Assembly (NCBI GenBank): GCA_020184695.1
Contig: JAANOX010000144.1
Span: 186,001-250,000 of the forward strand
DNA: 64,000 bases
Source: Histomonas meleagridis 2922-C6/04-290x
Taxonomy: Eukaryota; Protista; Parabasalia
Direction: 5' to 3'
Position numbers and translations under genes: made by a program. Below are positions 30,843-41,700 of this stretch, piece by piece (the stretch's first letter is position 1; each line of letters opens with the position of its first letter). The notes under the pieces are model-generated. The model searched no databases. It had not been told where the DNA came from and saw only the letters and a program-made list of their open reading frames with translations.

Positions 30843-32836
30843 TCAATAAATTTTCAATAAAGTAAATAAACATCGCATACTTTTATCTATTCCTTCTTGT
30901 TCTTCAAGCAAAGTAACAATTTCATTGTAGCCTTTTTGAGTTGCTAAATTAAATGCTGAACCACATAATTTAAATAATTTCCAAATATTACATAGAAATC
31001 CAAAATTATTAAAATAAATAATAAGGGAAACAAATGATTATCTTTGGCATTGATGTCGATTCCTTTTTGTTTAAGAAGTAATTTCACCATTTCTGTATGA
31101 CCATTTAAAGATACTAAAATAAGTGCTGTTCTAAATATTTTATGTAAATTCCAAATATTATGTAGAAATCCAAAATTAATATTGCAAACAATTTAGTAAA
31201 CAAATGAATATCTTTAGAATTTACGTTAATTTTTTCTTGTTTGAGAAGTAATTTAACGATTTCTTTGTGGTTGTTTACAGATGCATACATAAGTGCTGTT
31301 CCAAATAATTTAAACAATTATCAAATATTGCTTAGAAAAATTATTTTATCAAAATATAAATTAAGTAAAACAAATAAATATCCTTAGCATTTACATCAAT
31401 TTCTTCATGTTTAAGAAGTAACTTAACTATTTCTATATTACCATATATCGATGCGATCATAAGTGCTGTACTAAATTATGTAAGTAGTTTCCAAATATTA
31501 TTATAAAATTTCAAATTATTAAAATAAAAATCAAATCAAATATATGAATATCTTTAGTATTAATATCAATTCCTTTTGATTTTGTAATATATTTCACAAG
31601 TTCAATGTTTCCTGATTGTATCGAAAAAATTATTATATTTTCTGGGATTTGATTGAATTCAAGAAAATATTTAACGAGAAACAAATTTCCATTTTTTGCT
31701 AATTCGTTGATAATAACATCATTGATTATCATTCCTTCTTTGATTAAAAATGATAAAATTTCATAATTATGATATAAAATACAAAACTTTCCTAATTCTT
31801 CTAAATTATTACATTTTTCAGTTTTATTTTCATAAAGATACTTAAAGATTTCATTTCGATGAAATTTAATTGCTGATTCATATACTTCTTCAAATGATGA
31901 ATGACTTTGTTCACATATATGAATAATTTCAAGATTTCCACCTGCAATAGCATATTTAAATGTATTTTTTATTTCAGATCCGTTCATAAGTAAAAACTTA
32001 AAACATTTTATTGAGCCAAAAAATGCTGCATAATCAATTAATGAAACATAATAATGATTAATAATTTCACATCTTTCATAAAATGATGGCTCAATAAGTT
32101 GGCTATAATCAAAATTTGTTTGTGATGATATTTCTTGAAGTTTTTCGATTTCATCATTTCGTATTATTTCAAGGATTTTACTTGGATTAACACCTTGTTT
32201 AACATATTTCTTATGAAGCTCAAAATCATTTTTTGAAAGATCTTCTAAATTTTCTTTTCTTTCATTAGAGATGTTGAGCGTATTAACTAAACTTAAATTT
32301 AAATTTTTTATATTAAATCGATGTTTAAGATATGAAAGTAACATATTGTCTTCTTCAAATTTGGGTTCACTGTAATTATGTTCAATCATTTTCTCTAGAA
32401 GATATGATGATTCTGGTGTATGAGTATGAATAAGAAAATTATTTAAAACATCAAAAATTTTGGATTTAATTTCATTTGTTTCCTCAAAAATTTGAATTTC
32501 CTTAATAAATTTTAAATAGAATTCAGAATTATTTATTGGTAACATTAATGCCGTATATATAATTTGGCATATAATTAAGTTAAAAGAAAATGGATAATTT
32601 ATTTCAAATATATCATTTATTGAAACATTTTTAAAAACATTTTCTTTATCTAAATTAAATATTATTTCCCTTAATAGTTCAAGTTTTGACCATAAAAATG
32701 AAATATTATTTTGTTTTGTTATTTTCTTCATAATTTGATGATAAACAATTTGACTATGTCTGTTTGGTTTTTCTTTCCATATTTTCATATCAAAAAAAAT
32801 TATTATTTCAAGATAGACATTTATTTTTATAAACAT
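30843..32836 (-). CDS. DUF3447-type ankyrin-repeat gene 1: long first ORF (31511-32836) plus four ankyrin modules separated by 80-nt spacers
   Basis: First ORF contains SLIDYAAFFGSIKCFKFLL and YAIAGGNLEIIHICEQ. Modules follow: TALMIASIYGNIEIVKLLLKHEEIDVNAKD, TALMYASVNNHKEIVKLLLKQEKINVNSKD, TALILVSLNGHTEMVKLLLKQKGIDINAKD, SAFNLATQKGYNEIVTLLEEQEGID...*. Confidence 0.75.
30960..31549 (-). other. Four 80-nt frame-breaking spacers between ankyrin modules (31470-31549, 31300-31379, 31130-31209, 30960-31039)
   Basis: Counted by hand: each gap from the KD codon to the TAL/SAF codon is 80 nt, giving a 170-bp period. Confidence 0.9.
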
Positions 32837-32842
32837 TTCCCG

Positions 32843-33883
32843 CTACTTGCCAACTTCTTCAAACTCAACTGGCATTAAAGGCGAGTTTTTGAACTCATCA
32901 TGTATTTCAGGAGGATCTTCAACTTTCTTTCCCTTCGTTACCTTGTTTATTATGTTGCACTGCATTCCAGCTGCAAGCAAAAGAACAGAGAAAAGGTGCC
33001 AGCGAGTGAACTGCTTATTCTTGAAGAGAAGAAATGAGAGGCAAACAGTTAGAGCTTTACGTAATGAAGTGATCATAACTGTTGTAAGAGAGCCGAAGAC
33101 TTTCATTATGAGATAAACAAATTGAATTCCAACGGCTCCGAGCATTGAAAATAATAATAACTGTAAAATGGCTGAAGGACGTTCAATGCACCTTCGAATG
33201 CCACTGAACATTTGACCTGTAATAATGGCAAACGTGCCAATAATTAAAGCGCCAAGACTATAAATTATTGATATCAATTCTGATTGAGAAGCGTTATAAA
33301 AAGACATCATTTTATCCTCTAGGTTTGAAGCAATTGCATCAAATGCTAACGATGTAAGAACAGCGACAATACCTAAATTATCATATCTGTTTTGACCTCG
33401 AACATCGGCAAGAGAAATGCCAATAAGCCCAGAAACAATGAAAACGACAGATATAACTTCAGTGTTTTTTGGCTTTTTCTTCAGAAAAATTATGTTTCCA
33501 ATCATGACAGGAATTAATTTGGATGATTTAAATAATACCTCTGTTGGATAGCTAAGTCTAAGAGCAGCAACATTGGCTAGAAGCATAGACGCAATTAAAG
33601 AGAGTGATGTAAATACGTAATGCTTAAATGATGTACTTAATTTCATTTTTCCAAATATAATCTTAAACAATGTTGGAAACGAAAGCGATGCATAGCCAAA
33701 AAGCTGACAAAAGGTCAGGAATAATGGTTCTGAAAACCCGTAATAATCTGGCGAACATAATTTTTCATGAGCAAATCCATGGAAAAGAAAGGTAGCGAAT
33801 ATTCCAACTGCACCGAACAATAGAATGAACAATTTAGGCCAAGATGAAATGTTGATTCCAAAGAAGAATACTTCCTCTTCCAT
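32843..33883 (-). CDS. Nucleotide-sugar/PAPS transporter (UAA family, SLC35B-like)
   Basis: Multi-TM protein with LSYPTEVLFKSSKLIPVMIG and TTVMITSLRKALTVCLSFLLF. First ATG at 33883 has TCATT upstream. Confidence 0.85.
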   Translation of the reverse strand: MEEEVFFFGINISSWPKLFILLFGAVGIFATFLFHGFAHEKLCSPDYYGFSEPLFLTFCQLFGYASLSFPTLFKIIFGKMKLSTSFKHYVFTSLSLIASMLLANVAALRLSYPTEVLFKSSKLIPVMIGNIIFLKKKPKNTEVISVVFIVSGLIGISLADVRGQNRYDNLGIVAVLTSLAFDAIASNLEDKMMSFYNASQSELISIIYSLGALIIGTFAIITGQMFSGIRRCIERPSAILQLLLFSMLGAVGIQFVYLIMKVFGSLTTVMITSLRKALTVCLSFLLFKNKQFTRWHLFSVLLLAAGMQCNIINKVTKGKKVEDPPEIHDEFKNSPLMPVEFEEVGK

Positions 33884-34246
33884 GAGCAGAATGAGCCTGG
33901 CCAAACTTTTTGTACAAAAAGTTGGCAAAACGGGTTTTGGAATCCAGCAGCTATTCAATTCCTCTGAAAAAAGAGCTTTTGAAAAGGTTTACCCATCGGT
34001 ATCGTTTTTCTTAGCGAGCTTTTTCTGTAGGAATTTGTGAGCTCTGCAGTCGTTTATAAAGTTTACAAAAAAAATCAATTTTTGAACGCAGTAACCCAAA
34101 AAAGGTTGCCAAAATAACAGCTATGGCTTGCCCGCCATTTTTTGGGGCCGTTAGGTATGAAAAAGTTGCGCTTTGACTCAAAAGCGATCGCATATTGAAA
34201 TTTGAATGCATCGATGCATTGGAAAAATTATTTTAACGTTAAAATT

Positions 34247-37200
34247 TTATGAAAATTCTTCGTTCATAAGAAGTGGTTCGTTTTCTTGATCAATTTGCTT
34301 AACACTATGTTTTCTATAAACAAATATAAAAATAGAGCCGATAATAACAAGAACTAGCACTATAGCAGTGAATTGACTTGATTCAGATGTGGTGCTGCTC
34401 AATGTGTTTCCGTCTGTTTTCTGCTTTTTTTCTCCAAATTCAGCTTTACCATCACCTTTATCATTTTTATCTTTTTCGTCTTCTTCCTTTGTTTCAATAG
34501 TCTCTTCCTCTTTTTCTTCTTTATCTTTATCATCTTCTTTCTTAGTTTCAACTGTTTCTTTGCTTTTATCATCCTTATCTTTGTCTTCTTTATCATCTTC
34601 TTTCTTAGTTTCAACTGTTTCTTTGCTTTCATCATCCTTATCTTTGTCTTCTTTATCATCTTCTTTCTTAGTTTCAACTGTTTCTTTGCTTTCATCATCC
34701 TTATCTTTGTCTTCTTTATCATCTTCTTTCTTAGTTTCAACTGTTTCTTTGCTTTCATCATCCTTATCTTTGTCTTCTTTATCATCTTCTTTCTTAGTTT
34801 CAACTGTTTCTTTGCTTTCATCATCCTTATCTTTGTCTTCTTTATCATCTTCTTTCTTAGTTTCAACTGTTTCTTTGCTTTCATCATCCTTATCTTTGTC
34901 TTCTTTATCATCTTCTTTCTTAGTTTCAACTGTTTCTTTGCTTTCATCATCCTTATCTTTGTCTTCTTTATCATCTTCTTTCTTAGTTTCTGCTGTTTCT
35001 TTGCTTTCATCATCCTTATCTTTGTCTTCTTTATCATCTTCTTTCTTAGTTTCAACTGTTTCTTTACTTTCATCATCCTTATCTTTGTCTTCTTTATCAT
35101 CTTCTTTCTTAGTTTCGATGACTTCTTCTTTATCTTTATCTCCATCCTTCTTTGTTTCAAAGGTTTCTTCCTTGCTTTCACCATCTTTATCATCTTCTTT
35201 CTTAGTTTCAACTGTTTCTTTGCTTTCATCATCCTTATCTTTATCTTCTTTATCATCTTCTTTCTTAGTTTCGATGACTTCTTCTTTATCTTTATCTCCA
35301 TCCTTCTTTGTTTCAAAGGTTTCTTCCTTGCTTTCACCATCTTTATCATCTTCTTTCTTTGTTTCAACACTTTCTTCTTTGTTTTCATCATCCTTATCTT
35401 TATCATCTTTGTCATTATCTATCTTAGTTTCAACTGTTTCTTCTTTGCTTTCAACATCCTTATCTGTATCATCTTTATCTTTTTCATCTTCTTTATTTAT
35501 TTTAATTACTTCTTTTTTATCATTTTCATCATCTTTATCGTCACCCTTCTTTTCTTTGAAATTTTCTTCTTCTTTATCATTTTCTTTCTTTGTTTCTTCA
35601 TTTTCTTCTTCTTTATCATATTTATCATTTTCTTTCTTTGTTTCTTCATTTTCTTTGTCTTTATTATCTTTATCACTTTCTTCTTCTTTATCATATTTAT
35701 CATTTTCTTTCTTTGTTTCTTCATTTTCTTTGTCTTTATTATCTTTATCACTTTCTTCTTCTTTATCATATTTATCATTTTCTTCATATTTATCATTTTC
35801 TTTCTTTGTTTCTTCATTTTCTTTGTCTTTATTATCTTTATCACTTTCTTCTTCTTTATCATTTTCTTTCTTTGTTTCTTCATTTTCTTTGTCTTTATTG
35901 TCTTTATCACTTTCTTCTTCTTTATCATTTTCTTTCTTTGTTTCTTCATTTTCTTTGTCTTTATTATCTTTATCACTTTCTTCTTCTTTATCATTTTCTT
36001 TCTTTGTTTCTTCATTTTCTTTGTCTTTATTATCTTTATCACTTTCTTCTTCTTTATTATCTTTATCATTTTCTTCATATTTATCGTTTTCCTTCTTTGT
36101 TTCTTTATTTTCATCTTTTTCATCCTTCTTTAAATTTCTAATTTGTTTATCTTTTGTAACTTCATTTTCATCACCATCATCCTTATCTTTGCCGTCATCT
36201 TTTTCATCATCTTTTCCAGTAATGTCTCTTCCATATTCATCTTTACCTGCAACAGTATCATCTTTTTTATTATTAAACTTTTCTTCGTCATCTTTTCCAA
36301 TAATGTCTCTTCCATATTCATCTTTGCTAACAACATTATCTTCTTTAATTTCATTTTCATCTTTATCTTTTAGATTATTTCCTAAAGCTTCTTCATTGTC
36401 TTTAGCTTCATCATCTTTCATTGTATCTTTTTCTTTTGCAATCTTTTCATTAATTATGTCATCTTTTCCTTCATCATCTTTTCCAATTGCGTCTCTTCCA
36501 TATTCATCTTTACCTGTGACAACATTATTTTTTTTATCATCATCTTTTCCTTCGTCATCTTTTCCAATTGCATCTCTTCCATATTCATCTTTGTTAACGA
36601 CATTATCAGATCCGTCATTATCATCATCATCTTGCTTATTGTTATCTTTCTTATTTAGTTCATTTTCTTTTTCTTCATTTTCATGCTTTTCTTTAATTTT
36701 TTGTTCTTTTTCTTTATCAATCTTTTCATAAATTTTATCATCTTTTCCTTCGTCATCTTTTCCAATTGAGTCTCTGCCATAATCATCTTTACTTATAACA
36801 TTATCTTCTTTTTCATTACTATCATTGTCATCATTATCTTGCTTATTATCTTCTTCCTTATTTAATTCATTTCCATATTTTTCTTTTATTTTTTGTTCTT
36901 TTTCTTTATCAATCTTTTCATAAATTTTATCATCTTTTCCTTCGTCATCTTTTCCAATTGCATCTCTGCCATAATCATCTTTACTAGTAGCGTTATCATC
37001 TTTTTCATTGCTTTCATTGTCATCATCTTTTCCAATTGCATCTTTACCACTGATGTTATCTTCATTTTCATTTTCTTCTTTATTTTCCTTATTAATTTCA
37101 TTCTTTACTACAAAAGTGTCATTTTCTTTATCGTCTTTTCTTACAAATCTGCCTTTTCTACGAATATTATCTTCTTTTTCATTTTCTCCTTCATTTTCCC

Positions 37201-37732
37201 CTATAACGTCATTTATAAATTTATCTTTTTTGGATTCATCTTCGCTAATATTTCGATTTTTTAATAATGAATTTCTGAGCATCCTCTTATCTTTACGTCT
37301 TTTTCGTTCTTGCATTTTCAGAAATTTTGCTATTTCATCGTTTTTAAATTTTTGCGTTTTGATTTTGTTGATGATGTCACTTGGATCTTCTTCTCCAATT
37401 TGTCTCTTTCTTGGTTTGAAATCAAAAGCCTTCTTTCTGAGTATTTCTTCGAGATTGCTTTCGTTTTCATTGGTTTCACTTTCATCATTATAAAAATTAA
37501 ATTTTGATTTTTTTAATGGTTCGAGTTCTTTAATGCGCTTTCTTTTTATGGGTATTGCCTGTTCTTCATCGTTATTGTGATCATCAAGAGGAATTGTTTT
37601 TTTGGTGTGACCTCTATTATTTTTTATTGATGCCATTTCAATCCATTTGTTATCTACGCTTTCGGTATCTGCTGGCATTGAATATTCCTTCGTGTTTAAT
37701 ATTTTTGCGAGGAAAAAAAGCAAGCAAAACAT
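34247..37732 (-). CDS. Large acidic/charged repeat-rich type I membrane protein
   Basis: Hydrophobic N-terminus (MFCLLFFLA), D/E/K repeats, TM segment FTAIVLVLVIIGSIFIFVY and a short tail ending ENEPLLMNEEFS. Confidence 0.8.
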   Translation of the reverse strand: MFCLLFFLAKILNTKEYSMPADTESVDNKWIEMASIKNNRGHTKKTIPLDDHNNDEEQAIPIKRKRIKELEPLKKSKFNFYNDESETNENESNLEEILRKKAFDFKPRKRQIGEEDPSDIINKIKTQKFKNDEIAKFLKMQERKRRKDKRMLRNSLLKNRNISEDESKKDKFINDVIGENEGENEKEDNIRRKGRFVRKDDKENDTFVVKNEINKENKEENENEDNISGKDAIGKDDDNESNEKDDNATSKDDYGRDAIGKDDEGKDDKIYEKIDKEKEQKIKEKYGNELNKEEDNKQDNDDNDSNEKEDNVISKDDYGRDSIGKDDEGKDDKIYEKIDKEKEQKIKEKHENEEKENELNKKDNNKQDDDDNDGSDNVVNKDEYGRDAIGKDDEGKDDDKKNNVVTGKDEYGRDAIGKDDEGKDDIINEKIAKEKDTMKDDEAKDNEEALGNNLKDKDENEIKEDNVVSKDEYGRDIIGKDDEEKFNNKKDDTVAGKDEYGRDITGKDDEKDDGKDKDDGDENEVTKDKQIRNLKKDEKDENKETKKENDKYEENDKDNKEEESDKDNKDKENEETKKENDKEEESDKDNKDKENEETKKENDKEEESDKDNKDKENEETKKENDKEEESDKDNKDKENEETKKENDKYEENDKYDKEEESDKDNKDKENEETKKENDKYDKEEESDKDNKDKENEETKKENDKYDKEEENEETKKENDKEEENFKEKKGDDKDDENDKKEVIKINKEDEKDKDDTDKDVESKEETVETKIDNDKDDKDKDDENKEESVETKKEDDKDGESKEETFETKKDGDKDKEEVIETKKEDDKEDKDKDDESKETVETKKEDDKDGESKEETFETKKDGDKDKEEVIETKKEDDKEDKDKDDESKETVETKKEDDKEDKDKDDESKETAETKKEDDKEDKDKDDESKETVETKKEDDKEDKDKDDESKETVETKKEDDKEDKDKDDESKETVETKKEDDKEDKDKDDESKETVETKKEDDKEDKDKDDESKETVETKKEDDKEDKDKDDESKETVETKKEDDKEDKDKDDKSKETVETKKEDDKDKEEKEEETIETKEEDEKDKNDKGDGKAEFGEKKQKTDGNTLSSTTSESSQFTAIVLVLVIIGSIFIFVYRKHSVKQIDQENEPLLMNEEFS
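34530..36060 (-). repeat. Coding tandem repeats: 63-bp KEDDKEDKDKDDESKETVETK and 66-bp EEESDKDNKDKENEETKKENDK units
   Basis: Seen directly in the translation and in the DNA. Confidence 0.9.
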
Positions 37733-37989
37733 AATAGCTAGTTACACCGATTTATTTTTCATATCACATTTCGTTGTTTATCGGTGTTATGCAATTAGAT
37801 AATTATCATGTTCAATAATATTTTCTTCGTTTTAGGTATGAATTTTAATGCTTTCATATTTCCATAATATTTTTCGACTTTTAAAAGCACATCGAAAAGT
37901 GTTTTTGCTGTAGTTGATATTTATCCATAAAATAATTTTAAGTACCAAATTGGTCATCTTGGAATAAATCAAAAAATATCACTAAAAAA

Positions 37990-38390
37990 GAAAGTTATAA
38001 TAGATCTTTTACTTATGGCTTTTGATATCAAAATTTCTGTTCTGCTACAAGAACAGCAGAATCTGGCATTCCTTCCTTTGCTTGTGCAACCCACGGGATT
38101 TTGATAATTTTCCTGGTTTCGATCGTCATCAACATTTCCTTGAATTTCTTCAATTCATAGGCATTTTTCAGGTGGCATAATCATTGTTTCAAAGATTGAG
38201 TATGGTTTAATTGGAGTGATACCACCAGCAATGAATTTTCCAAACATTCCTGAAAACATGATTTCATCATATGATGAAATGCCTGTTCCTGTGTGTAGTT
38301 TTCTTCAATGTTTCCAACAGGTGAAACAATCATAGCTTTTCTTCCGTAGGAAACTGATTTTTCGAAGAGTCCTCCTTGTTAAGTTCACAC
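37990..38390 (-). pseudogene. Unidentified frameshifted gene relic
   Basis: GC-richer than its flanks. Joining frames gives GGLFEKSVSYGRKAMIVSPVGNIEE / LHTGTGISSYDEIMFSGMFGKFIAGGITPIKPYSIFETMIMPPE / AYELKKFKEMLMTIETRKIIKIPWVAQAKEGMPDSAVLVAEQKF*. Family not recognised. Confidence 0.3.
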
Positions 38391-38415
38391 TAACATGATT
38401 CAATTTATTATAAAA

Positions 38416-38715
38416 GATGTCACACAATGTGGAATATGAATATGAATCGATTCCATTATTAGAAATGTCACACAATATGAAATATGAATATGAATCGATT
38501 CCATTATTAGAAATGTCACACAATATGAAATATGAATATGAATCGATTCCATTATTAGAGATGTCACACAATATGAAATATGAATATGAATCGATTCCAT
38601 TATTAGAGATGTCACACAATATGAAATATGAATATGAATCGATTTCATCATGAAAGATGTCACACAATATGAAATATGAATATGAATCGATTCCATTATT
38701 AGAGATGTCACACAA
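38416..38715. repeat. 48-bp minisatellite, about 6.25 copies
   Basis: Unit GATGTCACACAATATGAAATATGAATATGAATCGATTCCATTATTAGA. Confidence 0.95.
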
Positions 38716-38751
38716 TGTGAAAAATTATCTTAATCAAGAGTTAATTCAAGT

Positions 38752-41700
38752 TTAATTTATTTGAAACTTATGAATGAAGTCTCTGTATTCTCTTGACTTA
38801 ATCAAGACAATATTCAACTTAATTGTCAAGTCTGGCTTCTCCAGTCCAGTCTTCGGGAACGAGTAAATTTGAGGCGGTATTGCGATGAATATTGGCGCTA
38901 TTTTCGATATGTTCAAGTTATCTATATCGAACAAATAGTTCAACAAGTATTGTATTCTAAATCCTTTGTTAATTAAATCAGGAATTATATTACCGATTTT
39001 TTGCAACAGTTCTTCGCTACCGTATTTCACTGCGCAATATAAATCATCAACTTCAGGGAATTCTTCTTCATTAATTTCCATATCTTTATACATTTTATAC
39101 CAAAAGACGTAATTTTTCTTTAAGTTTTCAAGCTTAACATAAGGTTCAATTTCATCGAAAGTTAAAGTTCCTCTAATAATACATTGTAAGATTAAGTTAT
39201 CATTGCCATCTTTTTCTTTTAATATATCGAAAGCTAACTTCGATATTTCGTTATGATCAGTTTGGATTAAGAATTTTGCGAATTCATAAATTATTGGTTT
39301 AATATCTTCATTAATTAATGTATACAAACTTAAGAAATGTTGTGTAAGAAGTTGTAAATGACATTTCTTTCTTTTCATTGTATTAATATATTGATTCATA
39401 TGTTCGATTGTGAATTGTTTCGCACGTTCTTTAGCATAATTAAATAAGATATTCGATACATTTGTATCCATTTTATATCCTAAAAATGATATAACATTTA
39501 ATAAAAATTCATTTTCGAATTCTTCGCCTTTTTTCTCAAAGATTTCTTTTAATGATGGTTTATCAGTACCACATTTTTCTAATATGTTAGTTACACATTT
39601 CATTATACTTTCATCTTCATTATCAAAGAATGGATACATTAATGCTAAAAGTTTGGAATCAGTAATTTCTTCAGATCCTAAATATTGTAAATGTCGTAAT
39701 ACTTGCATAAAGAATTGGACTTTTTGTAATCGTAAAATTTTAGATTCTAAAAATTGTATTAATTTATCTTTCGAATCAGTGAATTGATAAAATATTAAGT
39801 AATCATTTGATTTGCAATTATGTCTAAAGAATTCATTTAAGATCATTTCTTGTGAATCAACAAATATTGGGAAAATAGTCCTCATAATATAATAATGAAC
39901 ATGTTCAGTACAATTATTAGAGAAGAATGGATCAAACAAATATCGAAACTTTGATGATGATGTTAACTTAAGGTTCTTAATCCATGGCATTAATACTTGT
40001 ACAAACTTTTCACATAATTCTGGTGTAATACCTGGTGAACATATTATCGAGACAACAACTTTGATAAAGACATCAGTTAAGTTCAAAACTGTACCTGCAA
40101 TAAAACGTGACGCATTTTCTTTCGGTATTTGATTAGAATTCGCTGCTGGTTCTGGCGTACGTTGTTGTGCTGTTGGTATCTTTCGAACTCGTGCTGCTGA
40201 TCTACGTCTAGATAAAGAAGGCTTTGAACTTGATGTCCATTGTATTTGACTTAAAAGTGTTAATAAGTCAGTACAATTAGGGAAGATACAATTATCTGTA
40301 ACTAATGCTAACGCTATAGATAATGCTAAATGACTATCAGTTTTAATAAGTTCATAATTCTTAATAGCGAAATAGCCAACAATATAACAATTCTCAAATG
40401 TAGTAAGTTGTATAGAATTAATACATTCGACAAACACAAATTGTTGTTTAGATGCAATTGCAAATAATGATTCAAGTTGTTCAATACAGATTGGTATAGA
40501 TATATTATGAATTATCTTATTTAATGTGAAGAAACATTTCTTTAAGTCAAACCCTGAATCAGAATTTGCTAAAGCGCATGAAAGTTCAATAAATAATGCA
40601 AATATTACATGTGATAATGATATATCTTTAGTTTCTAATGACTCTATTTCAGTTGTTTCTTTATTGTTATTATTATTTTCGTTATCAGTTGAATTTGTTT
40701 CTACAATTTTTATTGTTTCTAATTCATTCGATTTAGTTTCAATAACTTCAATGATCGAATTATAAATATCATTAATTTCATTATGTTGATAATTTTTAAG
40801 TCTATGTAAACATTTAGTTAATGTTAATATATAATTTAATGCTGGAATCGAAGGCTTTAATGTCGAAATGAATTCTTTGATTATTGTTGAATCATTTAAT
40901 AATATATCTATAATTTGTTTATATATTTTCATATTAGTCTTAGTTTGTTCATTCATTGAATCCAATTTTTGGATAAGTGTTCGATATATAATTAATTTTT
41001 CGGAATTTGTTAATTTTGTTGATATCGAAATTTGATTAACAATTTCTTCTAAATAATTCTCATTCGCAAATACAATTGAATATATAGTTGTTGCATGATT
41101 ATGTTGTATTAATTGTTCAATAATTGGTATATATTCAGTATAATAACCTGATACAATACCATAACATTTAATAGGTAAAAACTCAGTTTTAGGATCAGCA
41201 AATTTCTTGTTAATTTCTTCTTTAAATTTCTCCGATTTTTGATATACTTCTAAAAACAATTGATATAAGAAATAACAATAATTCGGATCTCTAAGTAATA
41301 TGAAAAATGTTGAATTAGGTATAGTATTATTAGATGGATCAAAATTATGAACATAATATTCTTGTGGAAGATAAAATATCTTCTTGAAATTCTCGATTGG
41401 ATATGTTGATATATATTTATAGATTGGTATTTCAAAGATGTTTTTAGTTTCATAATCTTCAACAACATAAATATATAATTCATATAATGATTGTGCAAAT
41501 CGTTCTGCTAATAATATAATTGTTTCACTTGCTGACATTAAGAACAAAAAGGTTAATACATTACATTGCATTATATTAATGTTCAAAATTATTTCTTTCA
41601 ATTTATCTGATTCATTTTCTTCAATTAAGTTTCGGACATATAATATTAATTCAGTTAAAAAGATCAATACATGAACTGCTTGACGATCATTAAATAAATG

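Noticed and set aside
31300-31549. Single programmed frameshift bridging the 80-nt spacers
   Set aside because: In these spacers the incoming frame stops at nt 37-39 and the outgoing frame has a stop at nt 60-62 or 72-74, so no one-step path exists.
30843-31620. Ankyrin module/spacer arrays as a CRISPR-like array
   Set aside because: The repeated part is protein-coding and diverged, the spacers are homologous to each other, and there are no cas genes in a eukaryotic context.
34389-36731. 780-aa Ser/Leu/Phe-rich antisense ORF, and similar ones at 3922-4806, 5864-6637 and 10102-10920
   Set aside because: Reverse-complement shadows of K/E/D- or N/Q-rich repeat genes.
38305-38715. ORFs with 16-aa repeats over the 48-bp minisatellite
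   Set aside because: Open in three frames on both strands, which is a repeat artefact; no evidence of coding.
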